Under the pieces are notes generated by a model, which had not been told where the DNA came from, did not search any database, and saw only the letters and a program-made list of their open reading frames with translations. This document shows positions 25,178-36,317 of a stretch of 64,000 nt of DNA, piece by piece. Position 1 is the first letter of the stretch; each line of letters starts with the position of its first letter. The position numbers and the translations under genes were made by a program. This DNA comes from Auanema rhodensis (lineage: Eukaryota; Animalia; Nematoda), in assembly GCA_964057225.1 (NCBI GenBank), contig OZ059894.1:9300001-9364000 (forward strand). The letters are read 5' to 3'.

Positions 25178-28100
25178 TAATAAAGAGAAGAAGAGATTGA
25201 GAGAGAAAGAGATTTAGACTAGACAGGAGAGGAGAAGGTAGATTGAAATGAACAATTGTCCTTAGGAATAAGTGTTTTTAAGATAGAATTTCTATGTTTT
25301 AAGCATCCGGAAAGTATATGAATAGTTTCCTTTGTCAGATGAACTGAGATATCTCTATCTCACATTTCAAACTTCTCTATTTGAATATCTACCAGTTGTG
25401 AATGAGAGGAAGATGGAACACAGTTAAAAACGTGACAAGCAGAAACATGAGGATTCAATTTCAATTTATTTTTTTTGTGTCAAAGTATCTGATTCATTTA
25501 ACATATTCAATCTCATTTCATAATGCTAAAATTTTGAAGAAGAGGGGCATGTTAACAACGAAAAGTTAATCATTTTACTGCAAATTGAATTGAAAAATGT
25601 TTGAAGCTATTATTCTCAATCTTCAGCTCAAACTTCAATATCAACACAATATAGGATTAGTCAGGTAATACAAGAACCTTCTTCTTCTTCTTTTTCTTGA
25701 AATTTTTAAAAAGGAAAAACTTTTAAAATGTCAAATAGAAATTGAATTAAATGCCATTTTAGTCAATGCCTAATGTAAGCTTCTATGAGAAAGTTGTAGT
25801 AGCTACAATGGTCATAAATTTTAAAGAGAGTTAGTTGACAAGGTAATGTGCAAATAAGGAAAATTAAATGAATTACCGCGCTCAAACTTATTTGAAATGA
25901 AAAAAAAAGTTTACTATTGGCTATAGTTCAATCTGTCATACTATTGAGCTTATTATATATGTTTGTAGTTTGAAAAAATAACATTTGTGAAGATTGTTTG
26001 ATGATATTTACCTCAAACATGAGATTTCTTTCTTGGCAAAAAAAACATTTTTAGACTTCTCGTACGGCAAATGAATCATTCAGGAGTTGTAGGAGTTCAA
26101 AATACTCAAACTGAATAATTTAAGACTGTTGAGATTCATTAACCAGATGAGGTGAAGTTTAGTTTATTCGAGTTATTCCTGTTGAACCATAATAAAACCC
26201 GGAACTTCTCCAATTTTAAGAAAAAAAGATGATATAGTTTGAAATTTTGCAAATACTTTTTCGAGAAACAGAAATGTTTAGCTAATGTGCAATAGCTGGA
26301 CCGGAAACGGAATTCCGTACAATTTACACCAAAACATGAATTATTTGAAACAGCTCACAAGGGATATTACAAGTCAAACATGAACATTTAATTTTTTCTA
26401 TTTATGAAATGAATTAAATTCAGAAGAACTTGAAAGTAAGATTCTTGTTTCCATACTTGAACTGAGGTGTAATGTGCCGTGAGAGAAAGTTTTTTTTGCT
26501 CAAAAAACGTATAAATGGCAGGATTCACTGATCTGAATTATTTAATTCGACTAAGCTTAGCCTTTAGAAACGTGAACGAAACCTCTGTATGTATGATGAA
26601 GGCAAAAGAAAAACGGAATAAGTGAGTCCAACAGAGAATATATTCTCAAATTGGTTTTTGGACGAATCAGCAGAAAACGGTCAAGTTCATGGATCAAAGA
26701 CATAAAGAAATAGTTTTTTTTATTTTATTTATATTAAATAAAGAGATTGAATTGAACAAAAAAAGCGTTATCTTCTCAACTTATATTGCACTACAGCTGG
26801 TAATGGTTCATAAAGTTGCTTGCTGAAACATGCTTAAGACGAGATTGAGTAAGAACAGGAACAACTTTAGAAAGTTTGATAGTAAAAAGAGAAATATGTA
26901 ATAAGACATTCTATCATATACTGCCATATATTTGAAAACTTTTATGACAATAGAGAGATCTGTTAATAAGTCATCAGGATGAAATAACAGATTATGAGCA
27001 TTAAGATTAGATTGCAGGATTTCATATTGCGAATGATGTTCAAAATTACGTTTTTATTATAATCATTGCTCAATACTATGAATATAATTCGATAAATATA
27101 TTATAACTAGTTAAGATTATTAAGAATTACCTGTTTTTCTAGTTAAAAATCCGAGTGAACTAGATGTTTTTCTAAAAGATTATTTAAAGAGAAAAAGAAA
27201 ATAGAAGTATTAGAAGACATAAGGACTGTAGGATATAATAGATTTAGCTGGAGATGTTTGAACGCAAGAAATGAAACATTTTACAAATTTTTGAAACTGA
27301 TGTCAAATGTAGTTTGAAAGAATGAATTTTTCATGATAGATGATTAAATACAAGACTGTAATGAGGAAGTTGATTAAGCATATTTGAAAGATGTCATCAT
27401 TTAATATGAGATTCCTCTCATATTTTCATAATTACAAGCATTATATTAAAATATTTGACCATTTTTAGATATGAACCAAAGACTTCCTAGTTACAACATT
27501 CCTAAAACATTGATGTTAACTAAGAATCATTTCTTGGAATCGTCACAGAGGAATACCAACGACGTATCTAACCCAAACCCTGCGGCATGGGTCTATGTGC
27601 ATAAACTATTAAGATGAGATGTGATCTGAGACATGTAAAGCGTTGACGATACATCCGATCTGACAGCTAAATACGAGATGTATGACCTTTTCTGGGTGGA
27701 ACACTGAGCTGTATTTTTTTAATTCAAGTTGTCGTCGTTCGACCTTTCCTTTCTCTATCTACTTACATACATGTTTATGTTTTTTTTTGTTTTTGGTATT
27801 CAGATATTAATCAGAAATGTATTGTTTAGGAGATGGCTTACGTACTTCCCCAACTTCTTATGAGCGTTTTTCCAAATTTTGAGATGTCTTATGGCTTTAA
27901 GCTTAGACTTAGAATTGCTGCTACTTGAACTGCAGACAATTTCAGTGCAAAAAAAATTGACACAGTGTATCGAATAGGAAAAAAGAAGTTGGGTATGAAG
28001 GAGTTCAATTGAAGAAAAAAATAGATTTAACATGGAAGACAGAAAAATGACAGAAAGCAGTTCAACTTTAGAAACATGCGAACAAGCTGCTTTGGTTTTT

Positions 28101-30082
28101 CTTTGTTTAGAAAACTTGCCTTCTTTTCTTCCACAAGGCAACGGTAGGAGGATTTTTTGAGGTACCTCCGTTAGGATATAAATGAATGTTAAATCATAGT
28201 CTAAAGCAAGTCAATTATTCTAGAAAATCATATTTAATGCATTTTGGTCTTTGACAAGCGCTGGCTCGGTCGTCAAATACAGCTGTGAAGAAATCTGTGT
28301 GTGGCCGGTTGCTACGGAGAATATAGGGCCGAAAAACAGAAAAGAAGCAAATTTATTGGTTGGAATTCATGAATACATTAGTACATGAGTCTGAGATATG
28401 TTACATATGTTCTGTCATACCAATCATATTCACAAATTCATGACCGAATAGTGTGAAACATAGAAGTTCGTTGATGTTGTAGAGATGAGATACATGCACA
28501 TGTATATGTCTATGTCTATGTCTATGTACATATACATATATTTTTATTTATATAAATATATATATATATATATATTTTTTTTTTGTATATGAGGGATAAT
28601 TCATATCTGCACTTGTGCATTCATTATTTAAGCTTGCGTCATATTTTTCTCACATTCAAATTTAAAAAGCAAATATTATTGGAAGCTGAATATGATCAAC
28701 AATTGTCATGAAATTAAAAAAATGAATTTCAAATAAATGAAATTACTTTTACAATTTTTGGCAGTAAAATTGGCGCCAACTGGGACGCGTGCTAAAGGAT
28801 TCTATTTGAAATATATTAGAATAACTTTTCATTTTTGAGTAGCACGATGACAGAGATTGGTTGCAATTAGTACAAGCAGTACAAAAATAAAAGTTTCTCC
28901 TTCATCAAATTACGAAACAAATCACGATGAGCACAAAAATGATGATGATGTGTATGTATATGAGTGTACATGTGTGTGTGTGTGTGTGTGTGCCGAGTGG
29001 GTTCAGTCTTTTTTTTCTGGTGTATTCCTATATAGCAATCATGGCAGCAAATGTATTTAAAAAAATAGAAATCGAAACTTTTAGCTGAACTCAAAGGAAA
29101 TTAAAATATAGCAGTAAGACAATCAACCCGAATAAATCAAGCTTGAGCAAAAAAATGGCTGCAACAATTTTGAAGATTTTAAACGCGACACGTTCGTTGC
29201 AATTTACGGAGACATTTAGAACAAAAAAAAGATATGTGGAAGAAGCGTGATGAATGTAGGTTGAACCTGTTCACTGGATATTTGATAGAAGGGAAAGCCG
29301 AGAAAACGAAGGAGGTGAGGGAGGAAAGGACTGCGAGAGTCAAATAGAAATAGAGTGTGGGAGAGAGAATGAAAGATAGTCTAACCAGTACCTACAAGTA
29401 AGGCATGCTCTCTCTCTCTCTCTCTCTCTCTATACGTATATATCTATATTTCGCTCTTTCCTGTTCACTTCAACATTATGCTACATGAAATATCTTAAAT
29501 ATCAAAATCCACATGATGGCCAGAAAAAAGTCTAGTGTATATACATTTGCCAATGAAAAGCTTGATTAGGTGATGTAGTTTGTTTATGAAATATGAAGAT
29601 TTTAAGGGGACTCTTCCTAGCGGTAGTTACCGCTTTAATGGAGTTTATAAAACAATTCAATAGACACATAAACTATGATAGAAAGCAAACCATAATACAG
29701 GGAATGAAGAACAACGCATAGACCGCATCAACTAGACTATTTCATGTCATGACTTGTTATATTATATGCATAGTTTCTTTTTCCATGTATAGATGTTATT
29801 ATCACATCTCATCTGTTTACAAACGTTTTAAGCTACATTCTAGAGTCACATTCATCTATTAGTTTCCTTCTCAAATGTTTTAGAATGAATTTCAGACTGT
29901 TTTCTTCATAAATTATCAAAGATGCGACTGTTGAATAATGCCAAACGGCTCCCTGATTTCGAAGATAAAATAAATGTTTTAAGGAATAATACAATTTTTT
30001 GATTCTTGAACAGTTTTTTGGACTGTGGAGAGGATGTGTTAGTCGCAATGTACTGTAGCTTTAGATATAAACATGTCAACAT

Positions 30083-30150
30083 ATGCGCCCAAACAGCACA
30101 TAATATTAGCCCCGCCCCTAAAACCACGCATCGCTTGCGCAGCGTCCTTG
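30083..30150 (+). promoter_or_regulatory. GC-rich proximal promoter patch upstream of PHF10 (CCCCGCCCC GC-box, TGCGCA/TGCGCC motifs)
   Basis: Local GC island 115-180 bp upstream of the ATG in otherwise AT-rich DNA; TTTTGCAG acceptor immediately before ATG 30264. Confidence 0.45.
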
Positions 30151-30263
30151 TTTGAAATCTAGTTATCATAAATTATTCGTTCATCTTCTTATTTTTCTTG
30201 ATTTTAATTTTTTTTATTTTATTAGTGCTTTAATTCAATTTTTATCCTTGCAATTTTTGCAGA

Positions 30264-32720
30264 ATGTCCTTTCTTAGTGAAGATTCCGTGGTAGGCGGTG
30301 AAGAAAGCAATCTTTCATCAGCAGAAAGTATTGAATCCACAGCACTAGGTAATAACGAAACCATGGATGCTGAAACTGAGGCAGAGGCAGAAGCCGAAGC
30401 CGAAGTCGAAGCAGAAGCAGAAGCAGAGGCTGGGACTGAAAGTAATTTTCTTTTGTTCATATTTATTATTTATTTTAAAACGTATTAATCAGATTCTCAA
30501 ACAGCCTCCAGTGTAACTGCTACTCCACGAACCGTACGGCCTCTCAGCGATGACACAAGGCATATTCAAGTATTTTATTGTGATATAATTCCTTCATTTT
30601 AATTTTGTACTTTCAGGTTGAACCTAAAGATGTTATTGAATATGAGTGGCCGATTAAATCGGGAGAAAAATGGTTCCTACAGGTTGGATATCATTTTTAG
30701 AATTTTTTTAAATGAAATTTGTCTAGGAACAAATTGGTGAATTATTAGATATTAAATCATTCTCAAGAAAATTTCCTGATCTCACTCGGCGTAAAGTGGA
30801 GAAACACGAACGCGATTGGTTATCTGATACATTTAATATTCATGATATCATGAATGAGACGCGTAAGCCCTATTTCTCATTATTCTCTTGAATAAGGTTG
30901 TTCAGAATTGCGAGACCTCTGTGCAATGCGTGCTATTGAAATTCACGACTTGATGGCAAGTGAATATCCAACGATTCATCAGGTAAACATTCAAAATTCT
31001 CTAAATAAGGAAGAGTAAGGAATGAATAATCGACTCTAGGTATCATGAAAGGTAGAGAGGCCCAAGCAAATACTTGTTTTGGCTATATTTTGCTAAATTT
31101 TGTTTGGAATATGAATCTGTTCTTTGATTAATGTTCCTTAAATGTGTATTGCTCAAAAATCGAGATTTATTTTCAAAATATAAGAACATTTTCTGATGAA
31201 ATTACAACTAGTATTATTATCTTTTTTTAAGGAATATCAAAAAGTGACTGCTGAACGATTAAAAGCTTTAATGGCTGCACAAGCTAAAGAAATGGAGGCT
31301 GTATGAGATTTCAAACAAAAAAAAGTAATATTAATATTTTCTTTAAAGATTGCGAACGACTCCAAGAGGTTAGCTGAATTACGGGAAAAAGCAATCAAGA
31401 GTGCTTCTGAATATAATCATGAATTGCAAGCTACGAAAGCTGTTGAGAGAAGACATTATTGGGATGTTCAAACAAATGTATGTGAAGATTATCTGTGTTT
31501 ATGATTTTAAAAATATAATCTAGATTGTCCAATCAAGCAGTAATAGATGGAAAAGACTTCCTTCTAAGTACACACGTGTTGATCCCTATCCAGTAGCTGT
31601 TATGCTGGGGCAATATCAAAATTATTATAAAGAGTTGGTTTTTTTTTTGAGTTACAACTAATGAAAGTTTTTTAGATTCACTCCTGAAGAGTTGAGAAAG
31701 ATTCCATTTTCTACTGCCGTTGATATTGATGATCTCTACCCTGTTCACAGGGAAACCTCACCACCGCCAATTACTGTTTCTGAAAAGGAAATAGAAAGTA
31801 TGGTTTTTGAGTGGCGAACTTGTGATAAATTGATACTTCAGAAATAGAAAAACTAGCTGCTGCCCAAACGCCGATTAAAATTGAAACGCCAAAAGTAATG
31901 ACTGAAAACGTTCGAAAATCGGTAAGCAAATTTTTAAATTTCGAGTTAATACTGGGAGTGAGTAGGAACAGCCAGTTTATTTCAGCATGCTCAAATTTTA
32001 CGAATAAAATGAAAAGAAAGAAAGAAAGAAAGAAAAAAGAAAGTTAAGAAAAGGCTGTTTAGGCTCGCTCGTCGAGACGTGTAACGTATGCAGACGATGA
32101 CGGCGATGACTTTTAATACTTTTACATGGTTGTGTCATGGATATATTTTCAATTTCTGTATAGATGCGTGTATAATAAATAATAGTGTCACCGTATAATG
32201 TTTTTCTTAGTCCAAATTTATCATTTGTTTCAGTCAAGAACTGTTGATACTGTAATAGGACCATGTAGCATCTGCGAAGTTACAATGAAATCGTCAACAA
32301 AACATATTCAGTAGGCTCACCTATTTGAAGATTTATTTTAATCCGAATCCTTAGATGTGCTTCATGTGACTATCAAGTTCATACTGCTTGTGTTGAAATG
32401 AGTGACGAGATGATTCAAATAGTTTCTACTTATAAATGGAATTGTATAGACTGCAAGAAGTGTATAACATGTTCTCGTAGTGATAAAGATGTGGGTTTTG
32501 TCATTCCATTTTTTTCAATAATCCTTTGATATTTTCAGGAATTTATCATGATTTGTGATCGGTGCGATCGAGGCTTTCATACATTTTGTATTGGCTTAAA
32601 AGGTGCTCCCAAAGGAGAGTGGATTTGCGATAATTACTGTGGTATTGAATACAAGGTTTCTAAGCTAAATCACGAAAACATTTAATACTATTAATTTTTT
32701 AGAAAATGAGGCAGCGATAA
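30264..32720 (+). CDS. phf-10: PHD finger protein 10 (PBAF subunit, BAF45A/SAYP orthologue)
   Basis: Acidic N-terminus with an (EA)n tract; SAY-domain motif [16 protein letters not shown]|[22 protein letters not shown]; [23 protein letters not shown]; C-terminal double PHD ([47 protein letters not shown]). Last exon 32703-32720. Confidence 0.93.
32063..32116 (+). CDS. phf-10: Candidate alternative terminal exon of PHF10 ([17 protein letters not shown]), giving a PHD-less isoform
   Basis: TGTTTAG acceptor ending 32062, in phase with the phase-0 donor at 31922; GC-richer coding-like composition; TAA at 32114-32116; AATAAA at 32174-32179; lies in an unusually long (312 nt) intron. Confidence 0.6.
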   Translation, partial: ARSSRRVTYADDDGDDF

Positions 32721-32990
32721 TCCGCACGACAAGGCCGCTCACCAATTTTGTTAAACATATTCCTAATTTATAATTAGTTTCGCATATCGTAATTTCATAT
32801 TGTTTTTTACTATTGATAATCGTAATTAATGGTCTCATTATTCAAAATTATGTTGCACTCATTTGTCTGTCATTCCGGGGAAAATAACAGATCTCGATAT
32901 AAATATTAAATTAATATTGGCTGAAATCAGGTTATATCCATGAAATATCTTAAATCTTAACAAATACATTTCAACATTTCGGTATTTAGT

Positions 32991-35740
32991 ATGTCGGCTT
33001 CATCAGTATCTTTGAATACTGATGTGAATGTGAGATATGAAAAGTTAGCCGCCGAATATGGAAAGGTAAATATTGAAGAAAATACTTTTTTTAAATTTTT
33101 TTTTCAGTTACGGGCACAAGCTAAGGTTTTGCGAGAAGGTGTTTTAGATGAAAGAGCGAATTGTGAAAAGTTGAAGGTTAAACAAGCGTTTAAATATTTT
33201 TTAAAGATTGTATGGCTTTAGGAAGATAATAAGAGTAAAGATTCAATAATCAGAAAATTACAAAGTGAAAATGAAAGCCTGATCTTCCGAAATGAACAAC
33301 TTTCAAAAAGGGTTGAAACTCTTCAGAATGAAGCAGAACTTTCGAGGGTATAATTGTTTTTTATTTTTTTTGTTCAGGAATTTTAAGTTTTTAGGCGCAA
33401 AGTCAAAGAGGATCGAAGAAGGTGAAAGACAATCCTTCTAAAGATATAATAGAACAGCTAAAACAAATGACAAATAGAGTTGTAGTTCTCGAAGAAGAAC
33501 TTGCTAATAAGTTGGCTTTAAATGAGGAATTATCTCGAAAAGTAATAGTTTCATTTTTATTTCAAAGTTTAATGAACATTTCCTTCAGGTTATCGATATG
33601 GAGAATATTCATATTGAAGAGATATCTGATCAATCTGCCAAATTTCGTGAAGAAATTACTAAACTTGACAAAGCATTACAGGATGCTCTTGCTGACAATA
33701 CTAAGGTAACATTGGAACTTGGGGAAACTTTTAGAACTGTTAATTATTTCCAGATTTCTAAAACAAGGCCCATTGAACCAGTACGCCCATTGTATATACA
33801 ACAGCCAGAAGTTAAACCTTCTCCTGATCCAGTAAGTTTTATCCTTTTTAAACGAATTCAAATTGTTTATTAAAGATAGAGCAACTCCTGCCAAAAAGTA
33901 CAATTGATGGATCCTTGTTTGAAGATATATCTGATGTATATCTACAGGGATTAGAATCTTCTAAACAAATTTTACAAAGTAAACTTAACGTTTATAGTTT
34001 TTTTGAAAATTTAATAAATTCCAGATTTATCTAATTTATTTCATCTTTTATCCCAAAGATGTGAACTGTATCCATTTGATTCGTCCATGGAGCATCTACC
34101 TCAAAGCATTAGCAAGGTAATTTTATTTCAAAAATTCTTTTTCTTCATATCCCCGTATATTTTAGCTCTCAAGTGAATTATCTAGTAAATGTACAGTCAT
34201 CAATAATTCGGTAGATGTCATAGATGATATTATAAGCCGCGGATCTATTGATGTAATACTCTTTAGTTGTTACATGGTTTGATTTATTTTTATTTTCATT
34301 GCAGTGGGCATCCGATACCAAGTTACTCCATTCATCATTAATCTCTTTTGTTACCTCTTGTAATTCAACCATGTCATCACATTTAAAGGAACTTTCACGG
34401 GAAGAAAGCAAGGTTGGTATTATTATAAGCACTGCTATTGCTACAGTAATCTTTAGACTCTTTATGCTGATAAGAAAATTGAAGAATTGAATTCCCAGTG
34501 GTGTCTAGCGTTTACGAATTTGATTGAATCTGTTTCTTCATTCACAGAAGGCTTGCCAAGTAATAATATGGATCTTGTTTGTGAGAAAATGAATGAGTTG
34601 GCCAGTAACTTACAAAGTTAGTTACTTTGATTTCACATAGTTATTTATGTGTATCACTTTTCAGACGTTGAGCGTATTTTCTCAGAACGTTGGAAAATTG
34701 AATCTCGTTTCCCTGGATCATCCAGAAAGTTGCAATGCATTTGTGAAGCCATCGTAAATTGTTTGAAAAAACTTTCTTGTGAATCCGGTAAATTGAACCA
34801 AAAAATGTTCGCCATAATGAATACTGTAGGTTGTATTGTGATTATCAATGTTTATATTGATATGTTTTAGAATTCTGAATCACCAGTTGATATAGCTGAT
34901 GACCCTGTATCTTCATTAGGTATGGAAGACACCCCTATGTCTCCTCCTGAACTAATACCTACTAGTGAAGAAATATTAATTTCAGTTATCGAAAGACAGG
35001 AAGTAAGTTTTTAATTTTATTTCATTGTACTGTTTATCATTTGAAGGACTCGGAATCTTCTAAGTGCTTAGTATCTCCTACTATTGCGTCTTCAAAGGAT
35101 GACCTTCTTATCATAAGTAATTTGAATGCACGTGTAGCTGAGTTAGAACTAGAAAGAGAGAAAAATCTGGTTGATCTTTCACTGCTACGGAGAAAACTAT
35201 CTAATCTTCAAATCAACGGAACGGAGTAAGTATTCAGTTTTTTTTCTTGGAACTGAAGTATTTGCAGGAATGCTGAAAACCCTGCCAATCCTGTAAGTGA
35301 TGCTGACCATGTTAGAGAATTCGGAAAAATTCGCATGTTGCATCTTATGGATGAACGTCAACAAGCCGAATCTAAAGCTATGCATTATCACAAGGAATGC
35401 TCTATTTTAATTCGAAAAACAAGATCAATTAGAGAAGCAAATTTAAAGTTAGAAAATGAAGTATCGGATTTACTCAAAATTCGAGATAAACTGGAGGTAA
35501 TGAGCCTTTTTTGTAAATTGTTAATGATTAATTCATAGGATGAATTAGCTTCTGTTCGCCATGGTTACGAATCTCAACTTTCTTCTCTGTCCGAGCATAT
35601 AGCAGAGCTAAATGCTAGAGAAAAACTTAAAGAAAAAAAAGTTCAGGATCCAGCACCAGCTCCATCGAGAGGGGTATGTTGAGAATTTCGAAAAAAAAAA
35701 GTAATTCGAATATTTTCAGTTGAAATCATTATTCAAATGA
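32991..35740 (+). CDS. PPP1R21: Protein phosphatase 1 regulatory subunit 21 (KLRAQ1/CCDC128, FERRY complex Fy-2) homologue, about 17 exons, roughly 670 aa
   Basis: N-terminal YEKLAAEYGK|LRAQAKVLREGVLDE (KLRAQ motif) and SIIRKLQSENESLIFRNEQLSKRVETLQ; central QRCELYPFDS; C-terminal coiled coil QQAESKAMHYHKEC ... LE|DELASVRHGYESQLSSLSEHIAELN, matching the TTKRSYEDQ-type tail. Stop at 35738-35740. Confidence 0.9.
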
Positions 35741-36317
35741 TCTGATGGAAGTGTGTACATAAAGCTCTGTGATTCTTTCTTTCTACTTGTCTGTAATTGG
35801 GTACTTAACTGTGATAGCCATTTTTTCAGTTGTGATTGCATATTGAACTTAGCATAGTTATATCAAAATAATTTAATTTATCTCAGCATATTCCCTTATT
35901 CAGTAATAATATTAACATAGATCTGATTTTATGACTGTATTTACCTTTTGATATATATATACTGTTTTCATTCATACAAGGTTCAGTTTTTTTTTACAGA
36001 AAAATAAATTCTTTCATATTAACTAAAATTGAAATCAACTATATGAAACTACATATCAATTACATTGAATGAAATTATAGAACAGTAATAACAGCATTGC
36101 GGTCTTAATAAGAAATTAGCATGAAAGTTCACGTGAACAATATCACGTCATAGCTTATCATTTTCGAAAATGTATGCTCAAGTGACGGTTGTTCGATGTT
36201 AATCCCACGAAAAGATCATAAGTTATCTACACATTATATACATTTCCGGAATATTTATCATTTTTATTTCTTTATAGAATGCGCTGTTTTGAAAAAGAGT
36301 TAATTACAGGATTATAT

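Noticed and set aside
27800-28141. Minus-strand 113-aa ORF as an upstream globin coding exon
   Set aside because: No motif, and every frame entering the globin acceptor meets a stop before or out of frame with the ATG. At most it is a UTR exon.
30242-30460. Antisense ORF with an ASASAS repeat (also 62877..63068, SRSRSR)
   Set aside because: These are shadows of the (EA)n tract of PHF10 and the RE-rich tail of symplekin on the opposite strand.
31040-31051. Possible 12-nt stop-containing poison micro-exon (CTCTAG|GTATCATGAAAG|GTAGAG) in a PHF10 intron
   Set aside because: Both splice sites are weak and could arise by chance; nothing else supports it without reads.
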